DNA of 64,000 bases. Origin: Azolla caroliniana (taxonomy: Eukaryota > Plantae > Polypodiophyta). Shown here in pieces: positions 36,006-51,600 of the stretch. The stretch covers positions 10,850,001 to 10,914,000 of the forward strand of contig JBHGNT010000001.1 in the NCBI GenBank assembly GCA_043228905.1, in the 5' to 3' direction. Under the pieces are notes generated by a model. It had not been told where the DNA came from. It worked only from the letters and a program-made list of their open reading frames with translations, and did not search any database. Within the stretch, counting starts at the first letter, position 1, and every line of letters starts with the position of its first letter. A program made the translations under genes and the position numbers.

Positions 36006-38367
36006 GGCTCGTGTCTATCCGCTATCGAATCATAAATAGCGGTGGCAAGGGAATCACGGCCCACAAACAATGTAGGTTGCTCAACTGAGAGTGAATGTGA
36101 TTTGCACTGTTCAATTTAGATAAAAAAGAACGCCTGGAAAAAGAAGAAGTTATTAGAGGTCGCCCAACTCTGATCGTTGCAAGTTGGATGACCTGATTAA
36201 AATAGGTTGGGCGACTTGATTATAGGCTGGGTCAAGTGAGTAATAGGTTGGGTGACCTGATTAATAGGTTGAACAAAATTGTATGCAATGAATCATGGAC
36301 TTGAGATAAAAAAATTCAAGACCGACAACAAAATTCTCTGAATCGCTCACACTTGAGATCCAACAAGAACTTCAGATAAACTATTTTCATTTTCTAAATC
36401 ACGGATACGTCGGATCAAAAACCTGGTATAAATAACAAAAAGTTAAGATCCAACCGCAACTAGAGTACAACTTGACATCAAAAACTTGAGATTCAACCAC
36501 AACTTGAGTACTACTTGACATCAAAAACGTGAGAATCAATCCTTTTTTGAACCAACACTTGAATTGAAAATGGGTAGATATTCCATTATTAAGGCTATTC
36601 AATGTACAATGTGTGGCATTTTCACCATATAGAAATCGGATTCCATCATATACAAAATATAAGGCCATATTTACAAAATCCACCATATACAAAATTTACA
36701 AAATCTGCCCACCTTGCGCAACTAGAAATCCCAATACCCTTCGTGCCCATCCTACAACTTGAATCCAAAGGGAATCCACGTCATATTTGGTAAACCACAT
36801 CTCGTGCCCTATACCAAATACATATAAGAACAAAATTTACAAAATCCACCTGAGACATCCATTTGCAATCACACTTACAAAATTCTAAGATATCCATCCT
36901 CGTAAAAACTCCTCGACCAACATCTCTATAGTCTGCATCACGTAAAAGCCACAATCCCAACCATTTGGCTAAGTTGGGTTGTGCATTACGTGATGTTGAC
37001 CGTCCAACACAATGGTGTGGTCTTTGGATGCAATTTGACTCGAGCCACCCTTAAATCTAAAAGTTTACAAATTGTATTCCACAAATCAAAAACCTAGTAA
37101 ACTGTTTGTTCGGTGTTTGGATCCATGATCTGATGGGCTTGGCGATTCCAATATTTACCATGGCTACATTCGGTTGTGTCATCTATATATGGTGTTAATG
37201 GGACAACATCTATCACCGACTCCGCCTCCTTTCGTCTAACTTGCATTTGGGGTCATCTCCGTCTAGGTGGTGTGGAGACATCGGATGGGTGTTGTGCCTC
37301 TTGTGTATCAGTTGACACACCACACTCTTTGGTGTCACGGATAGAATGTGACATTCAGTGGATATGCCCACCTTTTTACATTGTTCCACATCGAATAGAC
37401 ACATGTTATGACCTAATCCAAAGACTTGACCCTCCAACACTAAAAAAGCATGAAAGGTTCATACTTACATAAGAATCCAATCCAGATGCAATATTCTTCT
37501 TCAACATTTCCATCTGTTCATCCTTTTTGGAGTCATAGATCACCATCTCTTGCTCCATAAATCTCGCCACGAACTCTGCCTCGTTGATATGTCGGAGTTC
37601 AACATGAGTGGAGTTGAACTTCGAAACAACCCTAACCTTCAGCTTTCGGATGTTGAAGAAATAATCAAGCAAAACCTGAACCCTAAATCAAGCAAAAATA
37701 ATAATAATAAATCAACCAAAAACCTAAACCCTAAATCAAACATTTTTTGAAATCAATAATCAAGCACACCTAATATTATCTTTAATCAAGCAAAAGCAAA
37801 AATCGAAAATCTAAAATAAAGCAAAAGCTAAACCCTAAATCAAGCAAAAGAAATCAAGCACACCTTGTCCTATTTCAGAACCATTTTCATGAAAAATATG
37901 ATTTACACCAAAAAGAAATGTAGAAACAAGTAAGATACATACCTTGGAGTTAAGCAATTGGCGATGGCAGATGTGGCGAATGCACGTAGTTGATGGCTGT
38001 CTAGTTGAAAACCTCTTTCCTGGCAAAAAACCTTGACAATCTCGTTTAAAAATGTGAGAAAATGGTAAGTTCCAAGGTTTTATACATTAGGTTGGGCAAC
38101 CTGCTTTGTCAGTTGGGCGACCAAACTTGGTTGGGAGAAGACACATGGATGGGCGACCACATTAGGTAGGTTGGGAGACTGAATAGTGGTTGGGCGACCG
38201 AAATGTTATAGTTGGGTGACCTCTGACAACTTTTTTATTCGTGTGTTTTTTTAATCCAAATCGAATGGTGCACATCGCACACGCCCTCAGATGAGCGACC
38301 CGCACTATCCGGGGCCTCGATTCCCTTGTCATGCCTATTTATGATTTGGTAGTGGATAGACACGTTG
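36006..38367 (-). mobile_element. Non-autonomous long-TIR DNA transposon with Ulp1-protease remnant, inserted in (TATG)n
   Basis: ~160-bp imperfect TIRs (36006-36168 / 38211-38367) and subterminal ggttgggcgacc repeats. Minus strand at ~36920-36975 reads PT*PNGWDCGFYVMQTIEM, the Ulp1 Q-x-N-x-x-DCG motif with CAG>TAG. Confidence 0.85.
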
Positions 38368-38714
38368 GTATGTATGTATGTATGTATGTATGTATGTGTA
38401 GAGAGAGTGAGAACACCAAAAGAGAGAAGCAAGCATAGCAAATCCTAGGTTGACACCATACTTGGCTCCATATTGATGTGTGCCAGAACATCTTCGGTTG
38501 CAACATTCACTAGTAGTTGACCTCGATACTTGGCTTGGCACCATCTACAATGTCCCCAAAACCCATGTAGGATAGGTTCAAACTATCTGGTGTATCTAGA
38601 TGAAATCATTATGAGGTTTTAGATGTCCATATGTATGTGTATGTAGAGAGAATGAGAACACCAAAAGAGAGAAGTGGCATGGCAAATCCTAGGTTGACAT
38701 CATACTTGGCTCCA

Positions 38715-40695
<1,981 letters not shown>

Positions 40696-42127
40696 TACTT
40701 GGCTCCATATTTATGTGGGACACAACTTCTTTGGTTGCAAACTTCACTTGTAGTTGGCTTCAATACTTAGATTGGCATGGTCTCAATGTCCCAAAAACCC
40801 ATGTAGGATAGGTTCAAACCATCTAATATCTAGATGAAATCCATGATGACACATTACCCAAAAATCAACGCTCACAAAAACTTTTAGAGCGAAAGATCCC
40901 ACGAGGAACAACATTTGTTAGGTTGACACTGGATGGTAGGATCAAATTGAAACATGGCCAACATATGTTGTATGAGTTGTTGATTTTCTTTTCAATATGT
41001 CGATGGACAATTATCTGTGAAACTTGCCCTTTGTTACTCTTCCTTTTAAGCGAAAATATGTGTTGGACATGGTGAAATATGTACATTTAGGATGGTTGGA
41101 TACTTGTAAAGGTTATCATATAGTCTGATCTAACCTTCGTGGAACTTGGAAGTAGGTCAACATGTTTCTCCTCTTATACCAAGTATTGTTACTGTTCACC
41201 GATTAGTTGAACCATATTTTACAATCCATCACTACCTATTTTCACCACATGAATATTCTAATGTGCAATACCTTCTACATCAATAATGTGCACCCTCTCT
41301 CATCATGCAACCATAATGATCAATAGTTGGTTTTGCAACCTCTCAAATTAGACCCTTAAAAATGTCAAAGTAATGGTAATAATATATGCAATTGTGACAA
41401 GCATCAATCCACGATGTTATTTATGGTAAATAATTAGCATTTATCACAATTTTAAACTTTACTTAACACTAATTACAACACAATGCTCATCAACATTGTC
41501 AATGTGTGCATCTCTCTAAATGAATGATAGATTTGGTGGAGGAATGATTTCCCAAAATATGATTTTCACTTTGGTGGGGGGATGTAACTACTTTTGCACG
41601 AAGGGGTAAAAGGTAATGTTTCGGAAGTACCGATATTAACCCTAATATGAGAGTTAACATCGTTATTTTTCCCTTCATCAACCTAGAGTCTTGGATTCCT
41701 TCAACACACACTTCGTTAAGCTTTACTTGTTCCTTTTAATAAACATTTCGGTTTAATTAAGAGAAACGACATGCCCTGTGGGGTTTGACAAGGGTAGTTG
41801 TCCGAGATGTCAAAGCAAGCGTAAGTTTCATTACTCTAACGTTAACAAACAATAGTCGATGGGTTTGAGTGATATGTCACTCGATACACATCTCTCGATA
41901 TGTACTCATAAGAAGGATATAAACTAATGATAATCTCTTTTAACATTCCCATCTAAATGGATGATGATTAGCTTATCAACATTTCTTTCCCATCCTTTTG
42001 GGATCAAGAAAGACATACATTCTTGAGGTATCCATGAAGCAATGGAAACCCTAAAGAACCTGTCCGACTCGGATCTATTTTCTTGTTTGCAAGTAAGTAA
42101 AAAAAACCCCTGTTTCGAATCATTTTT

Positions 42128-44038
42128 GTGAAGATAGAAAATCTACCGCGAGGTTTTGGGATATGGTGTTACATCAGGATTTGGAATAATGAACATATGG
42201 ATTTGGAGCTGGTATTCTCAAATGGTCTAGCAAACACTTATCCGACACAGACAAACCAGATGGATCAAATAGTAGATTATCACAGGAAACATAAAAAAAT
42301 TCTAAAGAAACTAGAATCGAATGTGACACAAGTGGGAAAGGATGAGAATGTACTCCATTCCACCACGAGAGAGGATAGGAAAGAACTGCATGAAAGGGCA
42401 CAAGGAAGTGAAAACAGGAAATGCGTTAGAGGACACAGAAGTAATGGCAAGCATTATATGAGATTACTCAAGGATTGCACGAATAAAAGAGACTTGAGAA
42501 CAGGGGAAAAAGTACATGCAGATATATCCAAAAGTGGATTGCTAGAGACTGATGTTGTCCTCGCAACTGCTTTAATTAATATGTATGCCAAATGTGGTAA
42601 AGTTGGAACTTCACAAGAAGTGTTTGATAAGCTTCCTATTCGTGATGTGGTTTCATGGACAGCACTCATTGCAGGATATGCCCAAAATGGGTATGCAAAA
42701 GAGGCACTAGACTATTTTGAGAAGATGAGAGTTGAAGGAATTCTGCCCAATTCTGTTACGTTTGTCTGCAGCTTGAATGCTTGTGCTTGCATAGGGGATG
42801 CAGGGAAAGGGGAGGAAATACATGCTGATATTCTGAAACATGAATCATTAAACAAAAATTTGTTTATCTCTAATGCATTGATTGATATGTATGCCAAATG
42901 TGGTTTGTTGGAAAAAGCAGCCGAAATATTTGAAAAACTTCCAATGAGAAATATAGTCACATGGACTGCACTCATCTCAGGTTATGCTAAACATGGTTAT
43001 GGCAATGCTGCATTGATTTGCCTTGAAAAAATGGAAGAAGAGGGTTTCTCTCCTAATGCAATCACATACGTCTGTAGCTTGAAAGCTTGTGCCAGTATAG
43101 GAGCTCTAGACAAAGGGAAAGAAATCCATATGAATATTGAAAAAGATGGATTGGTGCAACAAAATATTGTTGTGGGTAATGCACTGATCGATATGTATGC
43201 CAAATGTGGATCACTTGCAAAAGCAGCAGAAGTATTTCATGTGATGCCAGTTAGAAATATAGTGACATGGAGTACCATTGTTGCAGGATATGCTCAGCAT
43301 GGGTTTGGTGAAGAAGCTCTACATTATCTAGAACAAATGAAGCTCGAGGGCATCACTCCAGATGCAGTGACTTACATATCAAGTTTAAAAGCTTGTGCTT
43401 CAGCAGGAGCCATCTTTAAGGGTCAACAAATTCATGCTGAAATTATTACGAAGAGGCTCTTGGGAACCAATCTTGCTGTTGGCAACACATTGATTGATAT
43501 GTATGCAAAATGTGGTTCTCTCAAGAAAGCACATGAAGTATTTGAGAGGCTTCCTATTAGAAATGTTGTCACATGGAATGCTATAATTGCAGGATATGCC
43601 CAGATTGGAATGGTTAATACTGTTTTCTTGACCTTTGACAAAATGATAGGTGAGAATATATTCCCGAACCAGGTAACATTTCTTAGCGTACTAACAGCTT
43701 GCAGCCATGCAGGTTTAGTAGTTAGAGGTCAGATGTTTTTTGAGATAATGAGCCAAAACTTTGGCATTGCATCATCTCTTGCACATCAAACTTGCATGAT
43801 TGACCTTCTTGGCAGGGCAGGCCAGTTAGACAAAGCAATGGAGATTATTGAAAAGATGAGATTCCATGGTGATCTCATCACGTGGCTTACCTTATTAGGC
43901 GCTTGTAAAAAATGGAGCAATTTGCAGTTTGGAAAAGAGGCTTTCAGAAACGCATTGCAACTGGATGCAATTGATTCTGCTGCATATGTCTGTATGTATA
44001 ACATGTATTCACATATTGACGTACTAGAGGATGTATAG
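42128..44038 (+). CDS. PLS-class pentatricopeptide repeat protein, E subgroup, no DYW (organellar RNA-editing factor type)
   Basis: Four LIxMYAKCG/RxxVxWxALI/PNxVTF P-L-S cycles, then LTACSHAGLV, CMIDLLGRAG, WLTLLGAC and AAYVCMYNMYS. First in-frame ATG at 42197; an upstream exon near 42041-42091 is possible. Confidence 0.95.
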   Translation: MKIENLPRGFGIWCYIRIWNNEHMDLELVFSNGLANTYPTQTNQMDQIVDYHRKHKKILKKLESNVTQVGKDENVLHSTTREDRKELHERAQGSENRKCVRGHRSNGKHYMRLLKDCTNKRDLRTGEKVHADISKSGLLETDVVLATALINMYAKCGKVGTSQEVFDKLPIRDVVSWTALIAGYAQNGYAKEALDYFEKMRVEGILPNSVTFVCSLNACACIGDAGKGEEIHADILKHESLNKNLFISNALIDMYAKCGLLEKAAEIFEKLPMRNIVTWTALISGYAKHGYGNAALICLEKMEEEGFSPNAITYVCSLKACASIGALDKGKEIHMNIEKDGLVQQNIVVGNALIDMYAKCGSLAKAAEVFHVMPVRNIVTWSTIVAGYAQHGFGEEALHYLEQMKLEGITPDAVTYISSLKACASAGAIFKGQQIHAEIITKRLLGTNLAVGNTLIDMYAKCGSLKKAHEVFERLPIRNVVTWNAIIAGYAQIGMVNTVFLTFDKMIGENIFPNQVTFLSVLTACSHAGLVVRGQMFFEIMSQNFGIASSLAHQTCMIDLLGRAGQLDKAMEIIEKMRFHGDLITWLTLLGACKKWSNLQFGKEAFRNALQLDAIDSAAYVCMYNMYSHIDVLEDV

Positions 44039-45622
44039 GTTGAGGTTAAATCAGGCTGAACATAAATAATTCTTAGGTACAGGATGATTGATTGAAAATA
44101 TGGTATTCCATGCTGATCTTATCATGTGGTGATCCTATTGAGTTGCATTCCAAGAATGGGGTAATTCAAGCGGCTGGAGAAGTGGTTATTGAAATTGCAA
44201 TGTGATTAGGCGCAATTGATTCTGCAATGTTCTTAGGTCTTTAAGATTTATTCACACGTTAATATACCAGAGGATATGTAATCAGATGTTGAACAGGTAG
44301 ATTTAGAGAATAATTCATTCAGACAATACACACCATTGAAAGATAAGAAGGTTAATCACGTAAAGGTCATTCCAGAGAAGGTTAATCACAATGAAGGCTT
44401 GGCCATATACAAGTATCAATAGGAAAAAATTTGGAAAAAAAAAGTATCAATAGGAAAAGGAAGAAAAGTTGACAAGTTCAAGGAATTGTTAAAATTTACA
44501 AAGGCCACTTTATGATTTGAGTTTCACAATACTAATAAATACCCTATTAAATACCACTATTTTTCTTTGTTTATCGCATATCTAACTTCATTATCTACTA
44601 GTACATGTTTGCATGAATGTCATCAAGTCAACTGGTTTTCTAGGACTTTCACATATCCATAGCTACATTTACAAGTTACAATTGCTGTTCTCTCTTGGCA
44701 AGGAATATTTTTGTATACACAAGATCATTAAATTTAGCTTTGCAATTGCCTTCATCCTTTCACATCCAACATCAAATAGTTGCTTGGAGGTTGAATATGA
44801 AATAGGATTGTGGGAATGAGTTGGCTGCCAATAAGCCACCTACCAACAAATGTTACACTGAAAATGTCGATAATATCAACTCTTGCTTCATCTAGTGGTA
44901 GTCTTGATGAATACATACATTCACTACATTGATATTCCAATAACCTCACCATATTGCATACATTTGCCATATTGATCTAAAATTGGGTGTACACAACACG
45001 CCTGCTTTGTCCCTGGAACTCATATTACACCAGTGTACATGGCATGAAATGAAATTCAAAGATAACACAAATGTTAATGCAGTTATGGCTCAATTTTACG
45101 AGCCCCAAATATTTACCAGATTACTCTAATCATTAGAGAGACAACCACCACATTCGTCCTTATACAAGCTGCAATGACTAACAATGACTATTCCCTTTCA
45201 TCCTAGACTTTAACAAACATCCTCCTTCAGAAACCCCTCAGCTGTTCATCTCTTCAGAACCCCAATTTGTTCGTAGAATACTCCACAAACATAGAGCATA
45301 TAATGATTGGTATTACATGACCACACACTAAACATTTGATCAGAGACGAACCCTGCAATTCGACTTCCCTTGGTCGCAACATGCCCCCATTATGCAAAAA
45401 ATACAATTGCATGCAATGTAAACATCTCAATGACCCACTATGAGCATTGATGGTATAAAGACAATTATATGCAGCTCTGTAAAATAGTGAAACTTTTATT
45501 CAGCTCTCCCCATAAAAAAACTGCCAATTTAGGCCTCATATATTCTGTACAAAACTGAAGACAAAATTATGAGCTCTTCAGTATAAAGCAAGAACGCAAA
45601 TCTGAGATCATGCTTTTTGTTT

Positions 45623-48600
45623 TTAGAGCACAGGCATTACAGAGTGTGATAATCTACCATAGAGAAACTTCTTCTTTATAATATGCTCGAATGCAGACAG
45701 TGTAGCCCTATGTAATAAGGGATCACGAGGATAGCCATCGTGCTTCAATGGCCCAGATGATTTCATGCAGCTTTGCAGAATATCGATTATATCAGCACGA
45801 ACATTCGGAAATGCACATGCCAGTTGTGCCATTACTCCTAAAACTCCTTGCATGAAATTTGAAGAACTGCAAATGCTGTTTTTAACGTGCTTGACATGGG
45901 CAATTGCCTGAAAAATCCAAACTTGATAAGAAACAGTCCACCTATTGCATATAACATTGAACACATCAAGCTCATTGTGTGACATTTTGCCTGTTTGCTA
46001 GGTGCAACTAGGTCTTGGGCTTTATAAAGGTTTCATGGCTAGTGGTTTATTTCACTCTTTTTGTTCCTAACAATTAGGCAGGTGGCTTGCACTCTTTCAA
46101 TTACTTCAGTTGCAGCCGGCATGAGCAGTGAACTACAGCTTGCAAAAAAAGCTGCATTTACTAGCGTGTATAGAATGTCTTACCAACAGAATTGAGAGGA
46201 ACAGAATTAACATCTGAAATAGTGCAACTAGATCCTTCTACTATGCATATTGTGAAGTACGGACATTCTATACAGTCCTCACGCTTATAATGTGATGTTG
46301 AAGGAACTGTTTTTAACCGATTGCACCAGAATAGGACGACTACAAGGAGAAAAAAATCAACTCTACTTGAATTTTGAGAGTACGTATAAGAAACATGAAG
46401 CTATAGTGTTTGTACCTTCTCAATAGCTGAGTAGCTCTCTGGAAGATCAACATTTGCACATGCTATCTTTGAAATAAGGATAATGCCAAAAACTTGTTTG
46501 GACTGCTGTTGTTGCTGCAGTAATTCAGGCAGAAATGCAAAACATTTTACCATTGCTGGGACACTGTCTATCATCATGGGTATGAGCCGTGGATTATAAC
46601 CCTAAAAATATTAATGAAAGTATAGATAAGAGTAATGTACAATTTTTGAAGTGGCTCAAAATCCTTCCATGATGTGTTTTTTTATAGAACAGTTGAATAA
46701 TAAATACCTGGAAGTGAATAAGCTTCAAAAGCAAATGGTTTTGTTCCAAAAATCCAGAAAGAAATTCACATATTGCCTTTCGAGTTTCAAGCAATGATGT
46801 CAGGTTATCATCATCATCTATTGCTGTATTTGGCATGCAAGCTTCCAAGAGTATCTGACACACAGCACTGAAGAGAACCATATTTTTAAGGCATCTCTCC
46901 CTCTCCCTTTGTAGTTAAATGAAATGAAATTATTATAGAGGATGTACCTATCTTGAGCCATGAGAGCTGAGGAAACTTCTTCGGATTTTAGAAGTTGCTC
47001 TCTTGCAGCAACATCTGATGTCACTACTGCACAAACTCTGCGGTTGACAATAAGCAACTCAGACAACACTTCAAGGATCAGACGCAGCAAAGGTGTTCGA
47101 TACACTTGCAATTTACATGCAAGAAGAATTAATGGCTGCTGCACTAAATCAGTGTATTTTCCAATTTTGGTGCCCAGTTCTAAAACTAGATTTTTCACCT
47201 GTGCCATCACTACTAGAGTTTCAGTATCTGTCTTCATCTGTGATGTATCTAAGATAGCTTCTATAAATGTAGGAAAAACTCTTTGTTTTGAATGGGGCTG
47301 GAGGCTCTTGAACCATGTGCAGAATTTCTCTTGCAAACATCGCATACATTGACGGTCCAGAAGCTTTGGAACAAGGTTTTGCATAATTAATGTTTCATAT
47401 TCAGCAAAATTTCCAGCTGCATTGCTATTTGACTTTACACACAATACATTCAGTATTTGGAGTGATGGCAAGGGATTTTTCAAAGCATTCTCTATTGCTC
47501 TTTTAGCAAAAGGAATGGACAAAACCAGATCCATCTCAAGAACTTTCCCGAGGGCAGAACTTTGTATGCTTTGATTGTCACCTTCTGAAATATATCCTTC
47601 ATGTTCATCAGTTGTGGTAATTAACTGCATCCCATCAATAGCTGGAAAACCTTTCGTGACACCAATGGAATCCATTACACCTTCAAGAAGGTCTCGAACA
47701 TTAAACATCTCTGGAAATAGTCCAGCAGCCAAGCTTAGCCACTGCAAAAGAAAATTCCAGACAAAGGTTTACCATTCATTTGAGCCTCCTGACCAAAATG
47801 ATATATAGGCAGAAATTTAATACCTTTGGAAATAGATGTTCAAAATCTGGCCAGTTATTTTCCATGTGACTCATGAGTGGTTTGAAAGGTATTCTGAGCA
47901 AGAGGTCTGTCCACCAATTTCCATAACATTTTTCTTGATTGAAGAATGAGCAAAGAGAAGTCTCAGTGAAACTCTCCACTCCCGCATTTTGTAGACAATT
48001 CTCCCGATATAGCATGTAGTATGATATAAGTGCTTGTCTAACTATTATAGCAGAACCAGATACCAATTCCTTTTCTTCGTTTCTATTACTTATTAGAAAT
48101 GGGTTTGTAACAAATGAAGCTTCAAGAAAAGAACGTGGTAAGATTGGCATCCTAAATGTTCGAGATTCGGCTTTTCCCTGGAGGATGACTGTTGGAGCAT
48201 CCACATACACTTGTATGACTTGAATCAGTAGCTTCAGCAGAAAAAAAAACCATCAAGAAAGCATGGAAACAATCCACACGTATTACTTCTATTAACCATG
48301 GCATAAAGTAATAAAAACTGGAAGCAGCACAAATGTTACTTGATAACATACCAAAGATGAACTTGTCATGACATGAAGTTTGGAAAGACATTGATCTTTG
48401 GGAACTGTGCATTTAGTCAATACTAGATAGGAGAACATTGATCCTCATATATACTTATCTAAAAGAAAACGTGAACGTGAAGAAAGTGGATCTAAGATCT
48501 AGCATCCATATTCTCTGCTACGTAAGAGAACACCACAGATATATCAGAAACCATGACTCAATCACTATCTGCGCAAGATTCACGGATCAATACTAGATAG

Positions 48601-51600
48601 GAGAACATTGATCCTCATATATACTTATCTAAAAGAAAACGTGAACGTGAAGAAAGTGGATCTAAGATCTAGCATCCATATTCTCTGCTACGTAAGAGAA
48701 CACCACAGATATATCAGAAACCATGACTCAATCACTATCTGCGCAAGATTCACACCAAGACCCCATGCTCCACATCTCATACCCACCAAATTTACCTCAA
48801 TTCACTACCCTCAATGCTAGATAGTGATAGTGAGATGTGGCGAGCATTTTGCCGTCAGTTGTCATAACAGATCACACATCACATAGGTGGCAATAAGTGA
48901 ACCTTACACACATATTGGAGGGAATCGTAAATTACCATGATACAGTGGCCTTTCTTATGTGTGTATCTTCTTAGTGGCTAGAGTTTAATGAACTAAGCCC
49001 AACTTAATGAGCCATCACTAGCAATAGATGACAGGTCAAGAAACCTTATGAGGCACTGGTTCACTGCCAGTGTCATAGTTTCTAATAGCTCATGTTAAGT
49101 ATATCAGATCTTTGAGGGGCTCCAAGATCATTAAATGGAATACACAGTGTTGTGCTCTCTAACTTTTATTGTGTGCTTTTGCTGCACAAATGAAGCTCAG
49201 AGATATCCCAATTGCTTGTATTAGTAACAGCATTGGGAAAAGGCAATGAAGTTGAATTCAAATTTTGTATGAGGTATATCTTAGAATCTCATATAGACCT
49301 TTATGACCCTCGCCAGTGAAGTGAACCTTATTGAGCCTCCAACATTTATATCTTTTATGCTATGCCCAATACCCCCATTAATTCTATACATATGACCAGC
49401 TACAAAGAAAAGAACAGCAATGGCTAGGTTGTGATAAACAGGTTTTATTATAATTACAAATTAATCCAGATTAATAACCAAAGACATACCGGATGTATCG
49501 GATTTATTGAGATGGAAATGCAGTGTGACAAAGTCTCCGAAACATCAACACCATTGCGAGAAAAATGGCCTGATGATAGTAGCTGCTCTAGGCATTTCAG
49601 AAGATGGGTAGACTTGCTGCCAATAGACAGAAGATTCAGATATAAAACCGAATAGCAAACATCAGTGATATGAATTGCTTACACTCTAGTCGAAATGGGT
49701 CCTTTTGGTCGAAGTGCAGCAACAGCTTTCAGAAGCAAAGAGGGTTCAGAGATGATCTCTACAGCAATGGCTGCATCATGAAGCTCTTGAATTAAAGCAT
49801 TCTGGATAGTTAAATGGACACCCAACACCTCTCGCACACCCTGAGAAATGGATACACATGCATAGGAGTATATCAAAGATGACATGCTCAAGATTAGTGA
49901 AATAAAATGTGTTTGAAAAGTTGGTTCTCTCTTTCAATCATAAGGAAAGACAGATTTTTCCTACTCCTTTCTATTTATTGCTGGAAATGGAAGAAGAGAG
50001 TGTATCTATAAAATAAACAAGAATAGAAATTCACCACTGCAATCTCAGAGAATTGTCTCAAAAAAAGCTGAACTGCAAACCACAAAGTCAATTCCTCTAC
50101 GGCTGAATTCAATCTGGCTTCAGTATTAACTTCCCAGCTCAATATCGTTGAAACACTCTTTTGATAAAGAGATCTACTCTTGGAGGTTGATAGTCCTGGA
50201 ACTAGGCAGAAAAACGAAATTGCCAAGTGCAAAGTTTCCTCGCAAGTAATGGATCCAAATGACCTCAGCCAAAAATCTATCTGCAATTATAGCAAAAACT
50301 ATTATCACCCACAACATACCATGTTGCTGATATAGCAAAAGAAATTAAGATCTTTGAGTATAGATAAACCTCTTGATGTGTAGGCTGTAATTCAGCTGCC
50401 CGAATGAGAACACAATATAGCCTTAAATGGCCATGCAATTGACCACACCACCCATACTTTTCCTTTATGAGCTGAGCATCAGAAAGCAAGGCTTCACGCA
50501 AGTGATGTCCACTGCCTTTCAGAGTGTAACTAACGTTTGTGCACTCTGCCTTCCTTTCACAATCTCCCAATCCAAAATTATTCATAGGCTCAGCCGTTTC
50601 AATTATCTTCAACACATCTTCCAGGTAAGAATCCACCTTTCCAGACCCAAGATAGGAAAGCATCCACTCTGATGTTTTCTTATCTGAGAATATGACTTTG
50701 GACATGAAATCGAGTTCATCCTGGAGATGCTCTATTGTTAGGTATACAATTACTCCTGCAAAAATACAGTGCTTAGTTAGCAATTCACGACACATGTGTG
50801 CCAACAAATTTGATTGTGCACTAAGATATACCATGGTTAGCAATGCTTGGTTTACACAATGGTTCACATACAAATTATCAAGCTGATTGGATTGCATATG
50901 TCGCAAACTGTTGATTCTAAACTGTGCATCTCCAGGAGTAACAGAGCACCCCCATGACGAACCAGATTTCATGTCCATTGTCATATTGTCTAGTTCTAGC
51001 ACTACAGAAGCATCATGATGTGAAAGTAAAAACTCTGAGAGCAGCGAGAATGAATCTTTCATAAGAATCGGATTATTCAGCAACACAGCAGCAAGCAACA
51101 TAAAACCCCCATTTGTGGGGAGTAGACCCCAAATTATGTGTTCTGTAAATACACAATATCTGTTAGAAGTGGTTAAGAGTGTATCCTGAAAACCAGCACG
51201 TTTGTCCTCTGTTGCTCAAATTGAAATACAGTTTCTTGGAGGTTCCATGTTTCTTGTGTACTGAAGATTATGAAGGTACAATTCTTACCAGGAAGTAAAA
51301 CTGCAGGGCATAGAAAAACTGCAATTGGAAGCAAACAACACAATTCAGGAAAATATATAGCATTGTTCCATATGCTCCCTGCATCATCCTGGAGTTGAAA
51401 CCAGAGCTTCTCTAATTTCATACCAACTTCAATACTCCCATAAAATTTCAAAGCTTGTCTGCGTAGTGAAAGAATAGCAATTTCGACGCGTTTTTTCTGT
51501 TAACAAAAACCAATAGTTTTGAAGAGCCTTAATGAATACATGAAAATATAAATATTCCCAAGTTCAGAGTAATAAAGGGATAATGAAATATTTGCACACT

